Origin: Pirellula staleyi DSM 6068
GTDB lineage: Bacteria > Planctomycetota > Planctomycetia > Pirellulales > Pirellulaceae
Length of the DNA: 32,000 nucleotides
Direction: 5' to 3'
NCBI GenBank assembly: GCA_000025185.1
Contig: CP001848.1
Location: forward strand, 3,270,001 to 3,302,000
The translations under genes were made by a program, and so were the position numbers. The notes under the pieces were generated by a model. The model had not been told where the DNA came from. It was given only the letters and a program-made list of their open reading frames with translations, and ran no database searches. Positions 27,483 through 32,000 of this stretch are shown in pieces. Each line of letters begins with the position of its first letter. Positions within the stretch are counted from its first letter, which is position 1.

Positions 27483-29132
27483 TTAGAGTGGGAACTCTTC
27501 TTCAGCTGCAGCCTTGCCGTAAATCGGCATGTGGCGGTAGTACACTTCGAGAATCATCGTGGCCATGCTGGTGCAGTAGATACGACCACCAGCTTCCGAG
27601 CCGTGATCACCCTTCATGTACCAGCTTCCCTTTTGGTGACCGGTTTTGTCCTGGCCATTGACCAGCGAGTCACGCATTTCCTTGTTCCACTTGTCCCACA
27701 GTTCTGCACCTTCACCACCTTCACCGCCGTAGTGACGCATCACTTGGGTGGCGTAGTAGTTGAAGTACATGTTCCCCTTCGAAGGGCCAATCTTGCTGAT
27801 GAACTCAGCACCACGCTGAATGCCGGGGTGATCTTTCTTCCAGCCGAGATACATGCGGCAGAGGAGACCGCAAGCGGTGGTGGCTTGACCAGCACCTGGA
27901 CCAGTGTAGCCATACTTCGAGCCGCTGTCGGCTTGCACGCTGTCGAGGAACTTCACAGCACCTTGAATCGTGCCGGGAGGAACTTGGAGGTAGGCCATGT
28001 GACCGCTCTTGAGAGCCATCAACTGCCAACCCACAGCCGAAGTGTCGCCAGCTTGGCGTGGGGTGTAACGCCAGCCGCCACCGACAGGGTCTTGAGCGTA
28101 GACAATGTGGTTAAGCGACAGCTGAGCTGGGGTCATCAAGCCTTTGTCGTGGGTCATGGCGTAGGCTTCGCACAGCACGATCGAGGCGAGGCCGTGCGAG
28201 TACATGTTGCCGCCACCTTGGGCCAAATCGCCAGCGTTGTTCTTCACCTTCATTTGGCTGGTGAGGAAGTAGAGGCCAGCTTCGACGTTCTTCTTGTAGG
28301 TTCCAGCCTTGTGCGTCTGACCAGCACCCAGGAAGGGGAGCAAAGCCATGGCAGTGGCACCGGTGCGGCAATCGGTCATACGTCCACCATCGCTGCAGCG
28401 CCCTTGGCAGGGGCCGGTGCGGTGGTCGAAGTTCCAGCTTCCATCGGGATTTTGGTGAGCGGCGAACCACTGAAGTGCAGCGGCCACGGCAGCTTCACTG
28501 GCACTATTGCCACCAATCTTGGCGACCATTGCGCCACGGGCAGCTTCACCACGCCCTGAAACGCCACTGCCGGTCACCGAGCCGACGGCTTGCATCAGGT
28601 CGTTCTTGGGGGCGGTTTGTTCGCCGAAATCACTCAGTTCGACATGCACAGCAGCGGTGTCGACATCCATCGCCAAGGAGGGATCGACAGGTGTTTCAAC
28701 CACATCGCTTTGAATCTGCGCGACGACATCGGAGCGAGTGTCGGAGACATTGGTCTCGTCGACGTTGATTTCGATTTTGTCTTCGACGAAGTCTTCCACT
28801 TCCTCGAGTTCTTCGGTCTTGGTGGCAGTCACAGCCACTTGGTTTTGCTGCTTGGGTGGCTCGATCGTGATCACCGCCAGGATGATGAACGCGAAAAAGT
28901 GCACCACGGCCGAAACCATGTAGCTAGGCACGGCGTTAAAGAGGACGAACTTACCGCCACCGCCACTGGGGGCATCATCGGCCTCCTCCTCGGGAGCTGC
29001 TGCCGCTGGCTGCTGTGGCTTGGCAGGCTGAGAAGCCGCCGCAGCAGGAGCTGGCGCCTTGCGAGCTGGAGGTGGCGCAGGACGCGCACCCTGTGGCTGG
29101 CCAGGATTAGGAGGGGTGGGAGTGGTGCTCAT
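27483..29132 (-). CDS. TM-anchored protein with C-terminal QW-repeat prenyltransferase/squalene-cyclase-like (alpha/alpha-toroid) domain, paralogue A
   Basis: Pro/Ala-rich N-terminus, one TM helix (YMVSAVVHFFAFIILAVITI) and an acidic linker. Then ALQWFAAHQNPDGSWNF, ALLPFLGAGQTH, MYSHGLASIVLCEAYAMTHD, GGGWRYTPRQAGDTSAVGWQLMAL, GLLCRMYLGW, MYFNYYATQV and ATMILEVYYRHMPIY. A GGAG lies 9 nt upstream of ATG 29132. Confidence 0.9.
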   Translation of the reverse strand: MSTTPTPPNPGQPQGARPAPPPARKAPAPAAAASQPAKPQQPAAAAPEEEADDAPSGGGGKFVLFNAVPSYMVSAVVHFFAFIILAVITIEPPKQQNQVAVTATKTEELEEVEDFVEDKIEINVDETNVSDTRSDVVAQIQSDVVETPVDPSLAMDVDTAAVHVELSDFGEQTAPKNDLMQAVGSVTGSGVSGRGEAARGAMVAKIGGNSASEAAVAAALQWFAAHQNPDGSWNFDHRTGPCQGRCSDGGRMTDCRTGATAMALLPFLGAGQTHKAGTYKKNVEAGLYFLTSQMKVKNNAGDLAQGGGNMYSHGLASIVLCEAYAMTHDKGLMTPAQLSLNHIVYAQDPVGGGWRYTPRQAGDTSAVGWQLMALKSGHMAYLQVPPGTIQGAVKFLDSVQADSGSKYGYTGPGAGQATTACGLLCRMYLGWKKDHPGIQRGAEFISKIGPSKGNMYFNYYATQVMRHYGGEGGEGAELWDKWNKEMRDSLVNGQDKTGHQKGSWYMKGDHGSEAGGRIYCTSMATMILEVYYRHMPIYGKAAAEEEFPL

Positions 29133-29746
29133 GAAGAAAAGCTCCGCTCAAACTTCAAGACGAAGTAGATGGAAAAATATGGCGAAAAGTGAATATCTGA
29201 CGAGCAAAATCAAACCGGGCCCGTAACGACCCGCGATCGGTGAGCGATCTACTACTAGATGCTCAGCAAATCGGCAGCAAACAACTAACGAGGATCTAGC
29301 ATCACAAATCCAGCGAGACTCAGCAGTGCATCCCAGGATATGACCCCGCCGACTCGCTGCTTTCGCAAACGACAGGCGGGGCCAGATACCAATGCGTAAG
29401 TGCTGAATTCGTATCTCTTTAGACTACCCAATCCCAACCAGAACGCAAGCAACAAAACTGCTGGCAGAGCGAACAAAATCACACGAGATCCAGCTCGCAA
29501 TCAGACGGAAACTAACGAGGTTTCGCGTACGTAAAACAAGCGGTGGATGGTGTGTAAGTCGTTTCTGAGCATGCACTTGCGATGGAGTAGTCGATGCTGG
29601 TGAAGCGAGCAACTTTCCTAGCAAGAGCCAAACTGTGCTGCATGCCCCAAGCAAACTTGGATGTAGTTACAACGAATGATTCGCCTGGTGGGTGTCGGTT
29701 TATTCCCCACCCTTGTTCAAAAAACCGACGAATCTTCAAAAAGTAC

Positions 29747-31102
29747 TCAGACCCCCAGTGAATTCCCCGGCGATGCGGGAGAACGCTTCAGCCAGCGGCT
29801 CGACCTCAGGCGATCGAGCCCCACAGCGGCGAGAATCACAAGCCCCAGCATGATCCGCTGGGTTTCGGTGTTGAGTCCCAGCAGGTTCATTCCGTTGGCG
29901 ATCACTCCCAGGATCAAGCTTCCAATCAGGGTGCCGCGCAGGGTGCCTTCGCCTCCGGAGAGGGAAGTTCCGCCCACCACCACGGCGGCGATGGTTTGCA
30001 GTTCGTAATCCTGTCCGTAGGTCGCGGCCCCACTTCGCAGCTGCGAGGCGTAAACCACTCCTCCGAGTCCAGCGAGGGCTCCGCAAAGGGCATAGATCAC
30101 CACCAGCAGACGCTCGGTTCGTATGCCACATAGCACCGCCGCTCGTGGATTGCCACCGAGTGCATAGAGGTGCCGGCCGAACACCGAACGCTGCAGCAGA
30201 AGTTCGCAAACGCCAAACACAACACCCATTAGCACCACGCAATTGGGGATTCCCAGCAGCGTCGCGCCGTTGCCGAGCCACCCCAGCGAAGGTGGAACCT
30301 GGTTGATCGATTTGCTTTCGGAGATCAAAAACGAAAGCCCCCCGACGATCAGCATGGTTGCCAGCGTGACGATGAACGGCGGCATCTTCAGTAGCGCGAT
30401 GATCGTTCCGCTGGCTGCTCCAACGGCGGCACACACAAGTATCGCCGTGAGTCCGCACACAACCATGCCGATGGTGGAAGCTTGCTCGGCGCCAGCATAG
30501 TCGCGAATCAGTCGCGTCATCACCACGGCAGAGAGTGCCACTAGACTCCCCACCGATAAGTCGATCCCTCCACTGATGATCACGAGAGTCATACCAACCG
30601 CCAGAATCGAGATCACCGCGATTTGACTCGTGATGTTGATCAGGTTCTCGCTCTTGAGGAAAGCAGGCCAGTAGTAGCTCGTCGCGCTGACGACCGGAAT
30701 CGGCTGATCGACCCCCAGCAACTCATTCGCTTGAGAAACAGGAACCCACGCTGACGCCACGCGATGACAGACAATCGCATCGATCGACTTCTTCTCCTTC
30801 TTCAGCTCGCGGAGCATGTTGCCCACATCAATCGGGGTTCCTTCGACTTTGGCAACCACTTCGAGGCCACTCTCAACGAGCTGTTTTTCGCACGCTGCTG
30901 TGAAGGCCCGATCGCTTTCGGTTCCGCGAGCTACCACCAAAATTCGCTGGGCCTTTGGGTAACGCGCTACGAGCGATCTGGCTGCTTCGTTTCCCCCCGA
31001 GGCCCCTTCGGGAGATTGTTCGCGCCAGGTGAGGATGCTGAGCGTTAGCGCGAGCACCAGCAGTGCGACAATCAGTTCTGTACCTGGAGGAAATCGTCGC
31101 AT
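29747..31102 (-). CDS. Sugar ABC transporter permease (RbsC/AraH-like) with ~120-aa insertion after TM1
   Basis: Core motifs FLKSENLINITSQIAVISILAVGMTLVIISGGIDLSVGS and YALGGNPRAAVLCGI...GGTSLSGGEGTLRGTLIGSLILGVIANGMNLLG. The extra segment spans aa 27-146. Confidence 0.9.
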   Translation of the reverse strand: MRRFPPGTELIVALLVLALTLSILTWREQSPEGASGGNEAARSLVARYPKAQRILVVARGTESDRAFTAACEKQLVESGLEVVAKVEGTPIDVGNMLRELKKEKKSIDAIVCHRVASAWVPVSQANELLGVDQPIPVVSATSYYWPAFLKSENLINITSQIAVISILAVGMTLVIISGGIDLSVGSLVALSAVVMTRLIRDYAGAEQASTIGMVVCGLTAILVCAAVGAASGTIIALLKMPPFIVTLATMLIVGGLSFLISESKSINQVPPSLGWLGNGATLLGIPNCVVLMGVVFGVCELLLQRSVFGRHLYALGGNPRAAVLCGIRTERLLVVIYALCGALAGLGGVVYASQLRSGAATYGQDYELQTIAAVVVGGTSLSGGEGTLRGTLIGSLILGVIANGMNLLGLNTETQRIMLGLVILAAVGLDRLRSSRWLKRSPASPGNSLGV

Positions 31103-31169
31103 GGATCAACGGCGTTCTAAGGGGAGAGGCGTGAATCGAGGCTGCTAACTTAGCGTTAGTGCAATCACC

Positions 31170-32000
31170 CTACGGTGCTGATTTACCGCGATAAAGTCCC
31201 GTTGGAATCAGCTGTTCTTTCGGCACTTCTTCACCCCGAAAGTAGCTCACAATACTGGCGGCCACTCTTTTGCCGATCTGGTCGGGATGCTGAATCGGGT
31301 CGGCAAAAATCTTCCCTTCATCAATCGCTTGCATTCCATCGGGTTGACCATCGAAGCCAACGATTTTTACCTGATCGGCTTTGTTCGCTTTTTCGAGAGC
31401 CGCCCGAGCACCGAGGGCGCTTGGGTCGTTGATTGCGAAGATGCCAGCGAGATCGGGATGAGCTTGCAGAGCATCTTCTGCCGCCTTGTATGACTTGTCT
31501 TTCTGACCATCACCAGGAAGCTCCGACACGATTGTTATCGCGCTCGAGGGGTTCTCGCTGTTGTGCTTGTCGATCACTTCCTTGAATCCCTGCACGCGCA
31601 GAATGCACGACTCGGCTGCTTTGAAGTCGAGGATCACCACTTTGCCACCGGCGCTTCCAACCGCTTCAATCATCGCTTCGGCAGCTTGTTTGCCACCACC
31701 CAGATTGTCGGTGGCAATGTGCGAAACAACTTCTGCTCCCGGCGCGAGGCAGGCAATGTCGGCGGTGAAAACGGGAATCCCCGCCGCAGTAGCTTCCTGA
31801 ATAGCGGGGCCAATTCCACGACTATCGCAAGGACAGAGCACAATCGCCGCATGTCCCGCGACGATGAAATCCTTCACCTGATTCTTCTGCCGCGCAACAT
31901 CAAACTCGCCACTCACCACCTCGACGTCGTAGCCTTCCTTGACGAGTTCGGATTTGATGTTGTCGGCAATCACATTAAAAAACGGATTGGTGGTGGTCAG
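31170..32000 (-). CDS. Sugar ABC transporter periplasmic substrate-binding protein (RbsB-like, type I PBP); N-terminus outside the window
   Basis: The reading frame stays open to the window edge (LTTTNPFFNVIADNIKSEL...). Typical PBP1 blocks are present: AIVLCPCDSRGIGPAIQEATAAGIPVFTAD, FAINDPSALGARAAL and IVGFDGQPDG. Confidence 0.85.
   Translation of the reverse strand: MTTTNPFFNVIADNIKSELVKEGYDVEVVSGEFDVARQKNQVKDFIVAGHAAIVLCPCDSRGIGPAIQEATAAGIPVFTADIACLAPGAEVVSHIATDNLGGGKQAAEAMIEAVGSAGGKVVILDFKAAESCILRVQGFKEVIDKHNSENPSSAITIVSELPGDGQKDKSYKAAEDALQAHPDLAGIFAINDPSALGARAALEKANKADQVKIVGFDGQPDGMQAIDEGKIFADPIQHPDQIGKRVAASIVSYFRGEEVPKEQLIPTGLYRGKSAP

Noticed and set aside
27393-28559. 388-aa plus-strand ORF antisense to paralogue A
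   Set aside because: It has no motifs and is rich in Val/Gly/Ala/His, as expected from the reverse complement of a real gene. The minus-strand product also has a clear paralogue next door.
29285-29500. 71-aa minus-strand ORF with one hydrophobic helix in the 614-bp gap
   Set aside because: It has a TTG start, no RBS and atypical Leu codon usage (many TTG). It overlaps other equally weak ORFs, so there is not enough evidence to call a gene.

Overview
Gene-dense, moderately GC-rich chromosomal segment with genes on both strands. I found no transposase, integrase, CRISPR array or rRNA. The gene content suggests a Planctomycetota (Pirellulales-like) genome, which is inference only. That content includes CxxCH...RMP haem modules fused to PA14 and a propeller, a formaldehyde-activating-enzyme homologue, few Shine-Dalgarno sites and many long shadow ORFs. 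Feature order: partial secreted SASA-type esterase (-), PAS-AraC regulator (+), tRNA-Arg(ACG) (-), nrdR (-), Zn-ribbon/bPH membrane protein (+), rpoN (-), recR (-), dnaX (-), SRP RNA (-), fae-like (-), HD hydrolase (+), ABC-2 permease fused to a CPBP protease plus its ATPase (-), AAA+ ATPase (+), DinB-family protein (+), phoH / PgpH-like HD hydrolase / ybeY operon (+), small 2-TM protein and a 1447-aa PA14/pentahaem/propeller protein (+), FliL-like lipoprotein and two paralogous TM-anchored QW-repeat (alpha/alpha-toroid-like) proteins (-), a 614-bp A/T-richer gap, then a sugar ABC permease and partial binding protein (-). The best candidate for an undescribed system is the block at 25069-29132. 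Both toroid paralogues carry a TonB-like S-x3-H signature in their single TM helix, and they sit next to a FliL-like lipoprotein, which hints at an ion-motive-force-coupled envelope module whose motor genes are not in this window. Other notable points: an A9 tract in dnaX with stops in both alternative frames just downstream (candidate tau/gamma recoding site); an SRP RNA with a non-canonical apical loop; an ABC-2::CPBP fusion; a REP-like palindrome present twice at convergent gene ends; and a sugar permease with a large periplasmic insertion. All family assignments come from reading motifs by eye, and no database search was run.
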